DNA of 40,974 bases from a virus (taxonomy: Duplodnaviria; Caudoviricetes): IMG/VR virus record IMGVR_UViG_3300047290_000201, positions 1 through 40,974 of that record. One strand, 5' to 3'. This document shows positions 6,296-13,792 of this stretch, piece by piece (positions within the stretch are counted from its first letter, which is position 1; each line of letters begins with the position of its first letter). The notes beneath the pieces were generated by a model. It did no database searches and had not been told where the DNA came from. It saw nothing but the letters and a program-made list of their open reading frames with translations. Both the position numbers and the translations under genes were made by a program.

Positions 6296-6410
6296 GTTCC
6301 AATTCACATGCACATGAATGCGTAGGCCACGCAGATGTTGCGGAAACAGCAGGGTCTATTGGCCCGGTTGGCAGGTTCGACTCCTGTGAATGTGCAGTTG
6401 AATTGGAATT
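6296..6410 (+). ncRNA. tRNA-like RNA with extended terminal helix (copy A2)
   Basis: TTCCAATTCACATGCACAT...ATGTGCAGTTGAATTGGAA; four hairpins, last GCAGG-TTCGACT-CCTGT. Confidence 0.75.
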
Positions 6411-6412
6411 GG

Positions 6413-7315
6413 AATTAGGGGAGTTTGATCTCCTCCCGCGGTGAAAGCCCTGGGGAAGGATAAGCCTGGTGACAGGCCCAAAGCGGTAGCGTCCTACACG
6501 CCCGCGCTGGCAACAGTCCGATCAAGCAAGCCTGCTCACTGTGGCGACACAGCGATCACTGATAAGACCGGTGGTTGTAACAGCAAAGCTGGTGCGGGGG
6601 AAACGACACATATCGACTGGCCCGCAAGGGAACCAGGGTATGTGAAAAGTAACGGGTGGTGCCGACTTCCCAGCAAAACCAATCAGCTAACTGGTATGAG
6701 AAAGGGTAGTGCAAGGGTCCAAGGGGTCGCTCCCAAGGGCTGGTTGTGCAGTATGAGTGGTTGGTGGATAGGCCGAGACCGGAGTAAAATCCGTATGCCG
6801 ATGACACTGATCGCGAAAGACGTCTGAGTAGCCCGCGGGGCCAAAGGAACGTGGTGTGTTGTATCGTGTGTGCCAAAAGCGCATACGGCAACTGAGGCAG
6901 CACATCGCAGTAGGTTGATATAGCTCAATGGTAGAGCAACTCCCTTCTAAGGAGTCGGCTGTGAGTTTCGATACTCACTATCGATAGAAAATGCAAAGTC
7001 TGCCTCGGTTGTGTGTGAAAGACATCTAATGCTCAGGGCGTAAGCCAACTGAGTCCAGTGAAGCCCGCAAGGTGACATTGGTTTGTGGATGAGGGTTCGT
7101 AAAGAGTTAGCGCTCTTGAATGGCTCGCAAGGTCAGCGGAATGGATTCCACAGAGTAGCATACAACGACCGGTCTACTGCCTGACCGTAAAAACGGCGAT
7201 GCTGCAAGCAGACCAGGCGACCGCAAGGCCCTGGTGGATGTCGAGAGAAACAGTGCTCGCAAGGTGCTGCATAATGCTCGAGGTGCTTGTGGGTGAGATG
7301 TAATCTCAGTCTTAT
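6413..7315 (+). ncRNA. GOLLD large non-coding RNA (~900 nt; boundaries approximate)
   Basis: No credible ORF, many GCAA/GNRA-capped hairpins, GAGTAG motifs, 3' GTAATCTCAG, embedded tRNA, phage tRNA-cluster context. Confidence 0.82.
6914..6986 (+). tRNA. tRNA-Arg(TCT)-like domain embedded in GOLLD, no CCA
   Basis: TAGCTCAATGGTAGAGCA D arm, ACTCC-CTTCTAA-GGAGT, 8-nt T loop TTTCGATA. Confidence 0.72.
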
Positions 7316-7331
7316 CAAATTTCAAAACGAT

Positions 7332-7405
7332 TGGCTCATGGTGAAATGGTATCACAGCAGATTTTGATTCCGCTATTCTTGGTTCGATTCCAAGTGGGCC
7401 TGCCA
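7332..7405 (+). tRNA. tRNA-Gln(TTG)
   Basis: GCAGA-TTTTGAT-TCCGC; GCCA. Confidence 0.88.
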
Positions 7406-7423
7406 AAATAATAAAGGAGCCGG

Positions 7424-7636
7424 ATGTATAAAGTATATTGGACCGATAGCCAAGGTCAATCACATGGACGCGAGCATGACAGCATCACTGAGATGCTGGC
7501 GCATAGCCGACGCCTGCGTGAACAACCGGGCATGAGGTTCATAACCACAGTGGGGGAAGATCCCAACTGTACCAGTCTGCAGGGCGCCACAGATGTGCCC
7601 GGCGATTACACATGGATGAAACGGAGAACTCGATGA
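7424..7636 (+). CDS. Small hypothetical protein
   Basis: AAGGAG RBS; ends DYTWMKRR. Confidence 0.75.
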   Translation: MYKVYWTDSQGQSHGREHDSITEMLAHSRRLREQPGMRFITTVGEDPNCTSLQGATDVPGDYTWMKRRTR

Positions 7637-7720
7637 AACGAGGTAAACCATAGTGTCATCCTAGATCCCATCGTATGGTCTAGGGTTGGCACGTTAAATC
7701 AACTCTATACGATCAACGAT

Positions 7721-7798
7721 GGGACCGTAGTGTCAACGGTCAAGCACACCGGACTTTTAATCCGGCAAGTGTGGGTTCGAATCCCACCGGTCCCACCA
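7721..7798 (+). tRNA. tRNA-Lys(TTT)
   Basis: CCGGA-CTTTTAA-TCCGG; ACCA. Confidence 0.93.
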
Positions 7799-7804
7799 TC
7801 AAAC

Positions 7805-7879
7805 GGGGTGTAAACTTTGATGGTGAAGTCCTGCCTCTTAAGCAGCGAGAACCCAGTTCGAGTCTGGGCCACCCCACCA
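7805..7879 (+). tRNA. tRNA-Lys(CTT)
   Basis: CTGC-CTCTTAA-GCAG; ACCA. Confidence 0.88.
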
Positions 7880-7885
7880 ATTCCA

Positions 7886-7961
7886 GCCCTGTTAGCTCAC
7901 CGGGTAGAGCAACTGTTTCGTAAACAGTAGGTAGGCAGTTCGAGACTGTCACAGGGCACCA
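7886..7961 (+). tRNA. tRNA-Thr(CGT)
   Basis: ACTGT-TTCGTAA-ACAGT; ACCA. Confidence 0.92.
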
Positions 7962-7967
7962 GATTCA

Positions 7968-7996
7968 TTGACTGCGTGATGCCAGCGCAGTATAAT
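7968..7996 (+). promoter_or_regulatory. Sigma70 promoter, probably leaderless transcript
   Basis: TTGACT-17bp-TATAAT, ATG 6 nt downstream. Confidence 0.7.
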
Positions 7997-8002
7997 TACT
8001 AG

Positions 8003-8503
8003 ATGAACCAATTGATACAGGCCCTAGATCCCCAGCTGCTGGCCGAAGGTGACACTGACCCGCGCTATCTGGGATCACCATTTGTGAATCTGCTGCGGCT
8101 GGGCCCCAAAGTGAGGGGCACCAGATACGAACGGATCACCATCCAGCTGATGCAGCAGATGGGACATGACTATCAACCCCGCACTCACAGCGACCACGAC
8201 GCTCGATTTGACGGCGTCAGCTATGAGATCAAGGGTGGCATGTTGAACCGCAACACTGATCATTTCAGTTTCCTGCAGATACGCCCCAACCAACTGTACG
8301 ATGCCATGCTTTTCGCCATGTTCTATCCACACAGGGTCATACTCATGTCCATGGCCAAACAGCAGGTGATTGCCAATGTGGATTCGGGACAGTTCAGGCC
8401 CCAGCATGGCGGGGTTCATGGCCACAGCCATACCTATGTGTATTATGGACATGAGCACAGCCTACTAGCGATCGGAGCGCAACTGCTGCATGAGATTGAA
8501 TAA
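8003..8503 (+). CDS. PD-(D/E)xK restriction-endonuclease-like protein
   Basis: G..YE...SDHD...YEIKG, FLQIRPNQLYD; overlaps methyltransferase gene. Confidence 0.7.
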   Translation: MNQLIQALDPQLLAEGDTDPRYLGSPFVNLLRLGPKVRGTRYERITIQLMQQMGHDYQPRTHSDHDARFDGVSYEIKGGMLNRNTDHFSFLQIRPNQLYDAMLFAMFYPHRVILMSMAKQQVIANVDSGQFRPQHGGVHGHSHTYVYYGHEHSLLAIGAQLLHEIE

Positions 8504-9419
8504 AAACATTACCACAGCTGAACTCATGGCCATGGACTATCGCTATCACTACAGTGACAGTGAATTGATGGCAGACTGGCACAAGCTGTGCACCACCACG
8601 CAATACAAAACAGGCAGTCAGTTCCGCCCGGGCATCAAACTGTGCCATCACTTTTTCCCCAACTTCTGGCAAATACAAAACGGTCGCGGTGTGAGTTTTG
8701 CCTCAGCCTGGCAAGACCCCCAGATCATGGATCGTGTGCGACGGTGGGGGCTGGAAGGCATGAGCCAGCTGTGGTTGAGCTGGATACGCAGGGCCGTGTT
8801 TCTCACAGCAGGCCTCTGCAACAGCAGTTTCTACAGACCCCATCTGTCTCGCCAGATCGTGATGAGCACGGGTGTCAGCGAGGGCGTGCTGTTTGATCCC
8901 TGCGCGGGATGGGGCGGACGCATGCTGGGTACCGTGAGCGCGGGCTGGCGCTATGTGGCCTGCGAACCCAATCCCGTGACCTTTCAAAATCTCCAGCGCC
9001 TAGCACACTTCCTGCGCATACAGGATCGCGTGACCCTGTATAACCAACCCGCAGAACTGTGCGACATAGAAAGTCACAACAATGTGCACGTGGTCTTGAC
9101 GTCACCTCCCTACTTCAATCTGGAACGCTACAGCGATCATGACGACCAATGCTACAATCGTTGGAGCGATTGGACTGATTGGCGAGACCAATGGTTGATA
9201 CCATTGGTCACTAGGTGCCAGACCGTGGTCGGCCCGGGGGGACTCAGCTGCTGGAACGTGATGAACGTGGGTCGCTGCGATCTGGTCAGCGTGATCGAGC
9301 AGACGCATGCGCAGGGCTGGCAGCTGAACCAGGTCATGGGCATGAAGTCACCTCTGGCCAATCTCAGGCCCAAGAAAAATCAAGATCTAACCAGATGTTA
9401 TCAACGGAGTGTAGGCTAG
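8490..9419 (+). CDS. Amino (N4-C/N6-A) DNA methyltransferase
   Basis: LFDPCAGWGGR SAM-binding motif followed by TSPPY catalytic motif. Confidence 0.88.
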   Translation: MRLNKNITTAELMAMDYRYHYSDSELMADWHKLCTTTQYKTGSQFRPGIKLCHHFFPNFWQIQNGRGVSFASAWQDPQIMDRVRRWGLEGMSQLWLSWIRRAVFLTAGLCNSSFYRPHLSRQIVMSTGVSEGVLFDPCAGWGGRMLGTVSAGWRYVACEPNPVTFQNLQRLAHFLRIQDRVTLYNQPAELCDIESHNNVHVVLTSPPYFNLERYSDHDDQCYNRWSDWTDWRDQWLIPLVTRCQTVVGPGGLSCWNVMNVGRCDLVSVIEQTHAQGWQLNQVMGMKSPLANLRPKKNQDLTRCYQRSVG

Positions 9420-9450
9420 CCTGGTCCAAGTCGCCTGCTTTGGGAGCAAG
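9405..9450 (+). pseudogene. 5' portion of tRNA-Pro(TGG) lacking a recognisable T arm
   Basis: CGGAGTG-TAGGCTAGCCTGGTCCAAGTCG-CCTGC-TTTGGGA-GCAAG then degenerate sequence. Confidence 0.72.
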
Positions 9451-9505
9451 AAACTGCAAGAATGAGATTCAAGAGTCCAAATTTTCCGTCCTATGTAATT
9501 TTATC

Positions 9506-9582
9506 CAGGGTATAGCTCAAGTAGGCAGAGCACCGGCTTTGGGAGCCGGAGGTTGGGAGTTCGAGGCTCTCTACCCTGACCA
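9506..9582 (+). tRNA. tRNA-Pro(TGG)
   Basis: CCGGC-TTTGGGA-GCCGG; C1-G72; ACCA. Confidence 0.93.
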
Positions 9583-9588
9583 ACCCAT

Positions 9589-9665
9589 GCCCCCGTACGT
9601 CAGTGGACTAGACTACCTCGCTTCGAACGAGGGAGACGGGAGTTCGAATCTCTCCGGGGGTACCA
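9589..9665 (+). tRNA. tRNA-Arg(TCG)
   Basis: CCTCG-CTTCGAA-CGAGG; ACCA. Confidence 0.92.
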
Positions 9666-9736
9666 ATACTACCAAAACACTTGTGCCCCACGGCATGCGG
9701 TGTTATACTATTGAAAATTAGACAAAAGGATCACAA

Positions 9737-10300
9737 ATGAACATCAGTCTGCGCCGCGCTGCGGCTCTTCAAAACAGCATACACGACGCCATCCGCGAGC
9801 TCCGCTTGGTGCGTTCGATCAAACTGAACGAATTCCAAGCAGCCGAACCCCAGCTGCTCCAGGCCGGGGTAGACCACAGGGTAGGCCTGCGCACCCGCAG
9901 CAGTCTCATGTGGGTGTTGTATCAGATCCGCCAGGCCGTGGGGCGAGCCAACGCCGCGGCCGGTATCGGGGATCGTCTGGCCCAGGTGGCGTTGCTGGAC
10001 AAAGAGATCCAGTTCTACAGCGAACTGGCCGGATGCCAGGCCCGCGAAGGCGCTGAGGTCGTGGCCGGCAGGCTGGACAAGATCCGCAACAGTCCGGCCG
10101 AGACCAGCTACTACCGCGAATCTGTGGTAGAAAGCTCGGTGTTTGAAGTCCAGGACATCCAGGAGTTTCGCAAGCTGGTCTCAGAACATCGCCGCGCTCG
10201 CCAGAATCTCCAGGACCAGATCCTGGCGCTCAACGTGTGCACCGAGATCACGCTGGAGGATGAAGCGGTACAGATCCTCCAGAGCGCCAAGCTGTTGTAA
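9737..10300 (+). CDS. Coiled-coil protein resembling DIP1984/DUF6847 family
   Basis: ISLRRAAALQNSI start, IRQAVGRAN, C-terminal LQDQILALNVCTEITL; AAAGGA RBS. Confidence 0.65.
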   Translation: MNISLRRAAALQNSIHDAIRELRLVRSIKLNEFQAAEPQLLQAGVDHRVGLRTRSSLMWVLYQIRQAVGRANAAAGIGDRLAQVALLDKEIQFYSELAGCQAREGAEVVAGRLDKIRNSPAETSYYRESVVESSVFEVQDIQEFRKLVSEHRRARQNLQDQILALNVCTEITLEDEAVQILQSAKLL

Positions 10301-10333
10301 AAGTTTTGGGCACAGGGCTCAGGCTCTGTGCCC

Positions 10334-10580
10334 CGGAGAGTGAAGGGGAGATTAGGGTAGACAAGCCAGGATTTACTCCTGGGTTGGTTTTCACAAGCCA
10401 ACGTCTAATACCATTTGACATGGTACGCGCAGGCGTGCTCCGGGCTGAAATTATTCGATTTGTCAATTGCTGCCCGGTGATATGCAGGCCCCTGTGGATT
10501 GTGCCTTGTGGTTTGTGGTCAGCGGACCAAGCGTCCGCTCTGTAGATTGTCTCGTCTATCACTTGCTTTTTCGCTCTCCG
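10334..10580 (+). ncRNA. Putative ~250-nt RNA with heptamer repeats
   Basis: CGGAGAGTGAAGGGG pairs with CTTTTTCGCTCTCCG; several internal hairpins; tandem NYTGTGS units. Confidence 0.68.
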
Positions 10581-10589
10581 TTCTATTCG

Positions 10590-10661
10590 CTCCGGGCCGT
10601 TGGATAGGCGGCAGGTTTCCTAAACCAGCTGGAGTAGGTTCGATTCCTACCCCGGGGACCA
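10590..10661 (+). tRNA. tRNA-Arg(CCT), shortened D arm
   Basis: GGT-TTCCTAA-ACC, T arm GTAGG-TTCGATT-CCTAC, ACCA. Confidence 0.8.
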
Positions 10662-10705
10662 CTTTGTTGACCACTATCATGTTCGATGCTACACTACGTG
10701 ATCAT

Positions 10706-10782
10706 GCGGGAGTGACGGAATCGGCATACGTATCGGACTTAAAATCCGAGTTTTGAGGGTTCGAGTCCCTCCTCCCGCACCA
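10706..10782 (+). tRNA. tRNA-Leu(TAA), short variable loop
   Basis: TCGGA-CTTAAAA-TCCGA, variable GTTTT, ACCA; own TTGACC-17-TACACT promoter upstream. Confidence 0.92.
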
Positions 10783-10798
10783 ATTGTGAAAGACGCAA

Positions 10799-11362
10799 AT
10801 GACCACGACATTTTTGATAAGCGACACCCATTTTGGTCACCGGGGTGTGTGCGAGTTCATGGGGCGCAGCGGCACCAAACTGAGACCCTGGACCGATGCA
10901 GACGCCATGGATGAACACATGATCCAGGCCTGGAACGCCCGTGTGGGCCCCAAAGACAAAGTCTATCACCTAGGCGATGTGGTGATCAATCGCAAGAGCC
11001 TGGCCACGCTGAGCAGGCTCAACGGCGACAAGGTCTTGATCAAGGGCAATCACGACATCTTCCAGCTCAAGGACTACGCGGCTCACTTCAGGGACATCAG
11101 GGCCTATCACGTGGTCAATGGCATGATCTTGAGCCACGTGCCCCTGCATCCCTCGGCGCTGTACAGGTTTGGCACCAACATACATGGTCACCTGCACGAT
11201 GGTAGGGTGACCGATGATGCGGGAGTGATAGATCCGCGCTATATCTGTGTCAGCGTGGAACAGATCAACTATGAACCCATCAGCTGGGACGAAGTGCAGC
11301 AGCGCATCCGGGACCAAGGAGGTACCATTGGTTTCCGTAACGGCAATGGACCCACCATGTGA
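10799..11362 (+). CDS. Calcineurin-like metallophosphoesterase
   Basis: SDTHFGH, HLGD, GNHD, SHVP, HGHLH. Confidence 0.93.
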   Translation: MTTTFLISDTHFGHRGVCEFMGRSGTKLRPWTDADAMDEHMIQAWNARVGPKDKVYHLGDVVINRKSLATLSRLNGDKVLIKGNHDIFQLKDYAAHFRDIRAYHVVNGMILSHVPLHPSALYRFGTNIHGHLHDGRVTDDAGVIDPRYICVSVEQINYEPISWDEVQQRIRDQGGTIGFRNGNGPTM

Positions 11363-11372
11363 CCCATTTTCG

Positions 11373-11402
11373 AAAGCCCACTGAATCAGTGGGCTTTTTT
11401 TT
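11373..11402 (+). terminator. Intrinsic terminator
   Basis: AAAGCCCACTGA-A-TCAGTGGGCTTT + T run. Confidence 0.88.
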
Positions 11403-11423
11403 GACCTCATGTTTGGGCGCACT

Positions 11424-11560
11424 ACTAAATATTTCAGCAACGCCGGTTTCTACCGACGTCGGACCCAAAAACGACGCCTGACATGACAATGTCTTTACTG
11501 GGGTCTTACCCCAGAACGCCGTCCGTGAGTGACCAAATGGGTCACTAGCCCAAACAAGCA
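11424..11560 (+). promoter_or_regulatory. TAAATA late-type promoter and structured leader RNA
   Basis: ACTAAATA then hairpins CGG/CCG, CGTCG/CGACG, CTGGGG/CCCCAG, AGTGACC/GGTCACT; repeated ACGCC. Confidence 0.55.
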
Positions 11561-11571
11561 AATGGAACGAT

Positions 11572-12912
11572 ATGATTGAGACATCGTGGGTCCTAGTTTT
11601 GGCTTTGATGATGGGCATGATTGTTGGCATGGCTCCTGGTATGAGTTCAGTCGTGGGGTTGGTCCTTTGCATGCCCGTCATCGGTCATCTGCCAGTGACT
11701 ACTATATTGGTATTCTTTGCCTGTTACCTATGCGTGGTCCAGTACTACGGCAGCGTCAGCGCTCTACTATTGAAGATTCCGGGAGAAACCAGCAGCTTGC
11801 CCGTGCTCACGGCCGGCCAAGATCTCCGGGGCCAAGGTCTCATCAAGGGGTTGCGTCTCACGGCCCTAACCAGTTTTGTGGCCAGTGTGCTGGCTACCAT
11901 GGTGTTTGCTCTGCTGTTTTTGCTGGATCGCTCGGCCTGGCTGGCCCTTTTCAATACCAAAGTCATGGTATTATTTTTGATCACACTGTTGGTATTACTG
12001 ATAACCAACGGACGTTGGTGGTTCAATATCATGTTGACCTCAACCGGGCTGATCGTGGCCAACGCCCATGAAATCCCTATGGTGCAAGGACTCTGCGCTA
12101 CATCACAGTGGTTTTGCGGTCTGCTACAGCCTATCGATATCACGCTTATATTGCTGGGACTGTATGCAGTTCCACTACTCTGGCATCAGGATGTAGACGC
12201 CCCTGATGGACCCAAGATACGCCGGACAAGCACGCCGCGCTGGCTGTCTTTTTGGCCCTATCGTTGGCTCACACTGAAACATTCATTGCTGGGCATGTTG
12301 GTGGGGCTAGTGCCTGGTATGGGGGTGACCCTGGCCAGTAACCTATCTGCTCGTCTAGAATCCGGCGTGAATGCGCGCCGCAGGTTAGCAGTAATGGGTG
12401 CAGCCGAGGCTTCCAACAACAGTGCAACTATCAGTTCAACTGTGCCATTCCTGATGTTGGGACTGCCTATTACCGCAAGTGAACTGTATTTAGACAACTG
12501 GTTTTCCATGTTTAGGAACATCCAGGTCAATTGGCAAATATTCTATCAGCAGATAGACCTAGGACTGACTGCTGTGCCCTTCTACTATTACTTTATTGGT
12601 TGTGTGCTGTTGGTCAATATGATGGCATTTTATCTCAGCAGCCGCCTGACTGTGTTGTATCAGAGCCTGGCCTCACTGCCCTCCCAATTCATGAATTACG
12701 TCATCAAAGGTTCTATCATGGTGGCCTTGGTCAGCATGATTTGGACCAACGGAATTTCTGCCAGTTCGTTGGTCACGATTTTGTTGCCGGCCAGCTGCCT
12801 GGGCGTTTGGGCCAGATCCCGACAGATCGACGTGGTTGCTTTGCCTATTTCTCTGGTCGTGGGCAAGCTGACGTTTGACACTTTCGCCAAGGCCTACTAT
12901 CTTTACTTCTAA
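11572..12912 (+). CDS. tctA: Tripartite tricarboxylate transporter permease, TctA-like
   Basis: Polytopic membrane protein with YYGSVSALLLKIPGE, LVPGMG, AAEASNNSA, LMLGLP. Confidence 0.85.
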   Translation: MIETSWVLVLALMMGMIVGMAPGMSSVVGLVLCMPVIGHLPVTTILVFFACYLCVVQYYGSVSALLLKIPGETSSLPVLTAGQDLRGQGLIKGLRLTALTSFVASVLATMVFALLFLLDRSAWLALFNTKVMVLFLITLLVLLITNGRWWFNIMLTSTGLIVANAHEIPMVQGLCATSQWFCGLLQPIDITLILLGLYAVPLLWHQDVDAPDGPKIRRTSTPRWLSFWPYRWLTLKHSLLGMLVGLVPGMGVTLASNLSARLESGVNARRRLAVMGAAEASNNSATISSTVPFLMLGLPITASELYLDNWFSMFRNIQVNWQIFYQQIDLGLTAVPFYYYFIGCVLLVNMMAFYLSSRLTVLYQSLASLPSQFMNYVIKGSIMVALVSMIWTNGISASSLVTILLPASCLGVWARSRQIDVVALPISLVVGKLTFDTFAKAYYLYF

Positions 12913-12922
12913 GGAGACAATA

Positions 12923-13792
12923 ATGAAACGATTACTTGTGATTTTTATAGCAGCATTGTGTCTGGTCCAGGCGCATGCATCCGACACTAGGATCATGGTT
13001 ACTCAGAGCGCCGGCAAAGGCAGTTCACATGAGCGTATTGTGGCGTTGATTACTGAAGGGTTCGACCAAAATCGGATACGATTTGAATACACAGCGGGCC
13101 GTAACTGTGTGCCTGCGGTGCAGCTCTGGAATGATTCCCGGCGAGATCCAGTGGTCATGGTCTACTCCAGTACCAGCCCCCAGCTGAGCGAACAGACGGG
13201 CATACCCTGCGCGGCTCAACCAGATGACAGCGTCAAGATCTATCTACTGGGCATGTCGTCCCACTATGTATGTCGCCACCCCGACAGCAAACCCATTACA
13301 TCTGCTGTCAAGGTCAGTATCGCCGAAGCACAAAAAAATGTGATCGATATCGCACGGGCCAGCGGATATGATTGGCGCTATGTTCCCGGCACCAGCGCCC
13401 AGGGACTCATGATGTTGGCCAATCGAGAAGTAGATTGGGCATTTGTGAATACCACTTTTGGTGATGAAAAAATACGCGCAGTGCCCGGGATCAGCTGCGA
13501 CTATATCGCAGATCCCGATAGCAAGACGCACAAGCCGTTGCAAAGCACGGTTAGATTTCGAGAAAGCGTGACCCCATTCCTCAATCCCGTGGCCGTAGTG
13601 ATGTCTAAGAATCTGTCGCCCACACAACATCAAATTATGCGTCGTATTTTTCACGCCGAAAACGCTGCCTTTGTGTCCGGAGTCCAGGCTGCCTACATCA
13701 TCAAAGATTTGCCCAGTGACCAGCAGTCGGCCAGATTTTATAGGGAATTTTTTGAACACTACACCAAGATAGGGCGACAGCTGAGGCAATGA
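12923..13792 (+). CDS. Periplasmic substrate-binding protein, divergent TctC-like
   Basis: Signal peptide ending AHA; AAGGAG RBS; ANREVDWAF; follows tctA. Confidence 0.6.
   Translation: MKRLLVIFIAALCLVQAHASDTRIMVTQSAGKGSSHERIVALITEGFDQNRIRFEYTAGRNCVPAVQLWNDSRRDPVVMVYSSTSPQLSEQTGIPCAAQPDDSVKIYLLGMSSHYVCRHPDSKPITSAVKVSIAEAQKNVIDIARASGYDWRYVPGTSAQGLMMLANREVDWAFVNTTFGDEKIRAVPGISCDYIADPDSKTHKPLQSTVRFRESVTPFLNPVAVVMSKNLSPTQHQIMRRIFHAENAAFVSGVQAAYIIKDLPSDQQSARFYREFFEHYTKIGRQLRQ

Noticed and set aside
3540-7720. Theta/HDV-like or pistol ribozymes at tRNA boundaries
   Set aside because: Pseudoknots are present, but I could not fit the nested P1/P1.1/P2/P3/P4 or pistol topology by eye.
1611-7952. Many 60-130 aa ORFs from the ORF track overlapping tRNAs, GOLLD and other RNAs
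   Set aside because: They lack RBSs, translate tRNA motifs (e.g. GSNP, FES) and are shadows of RNA genes.
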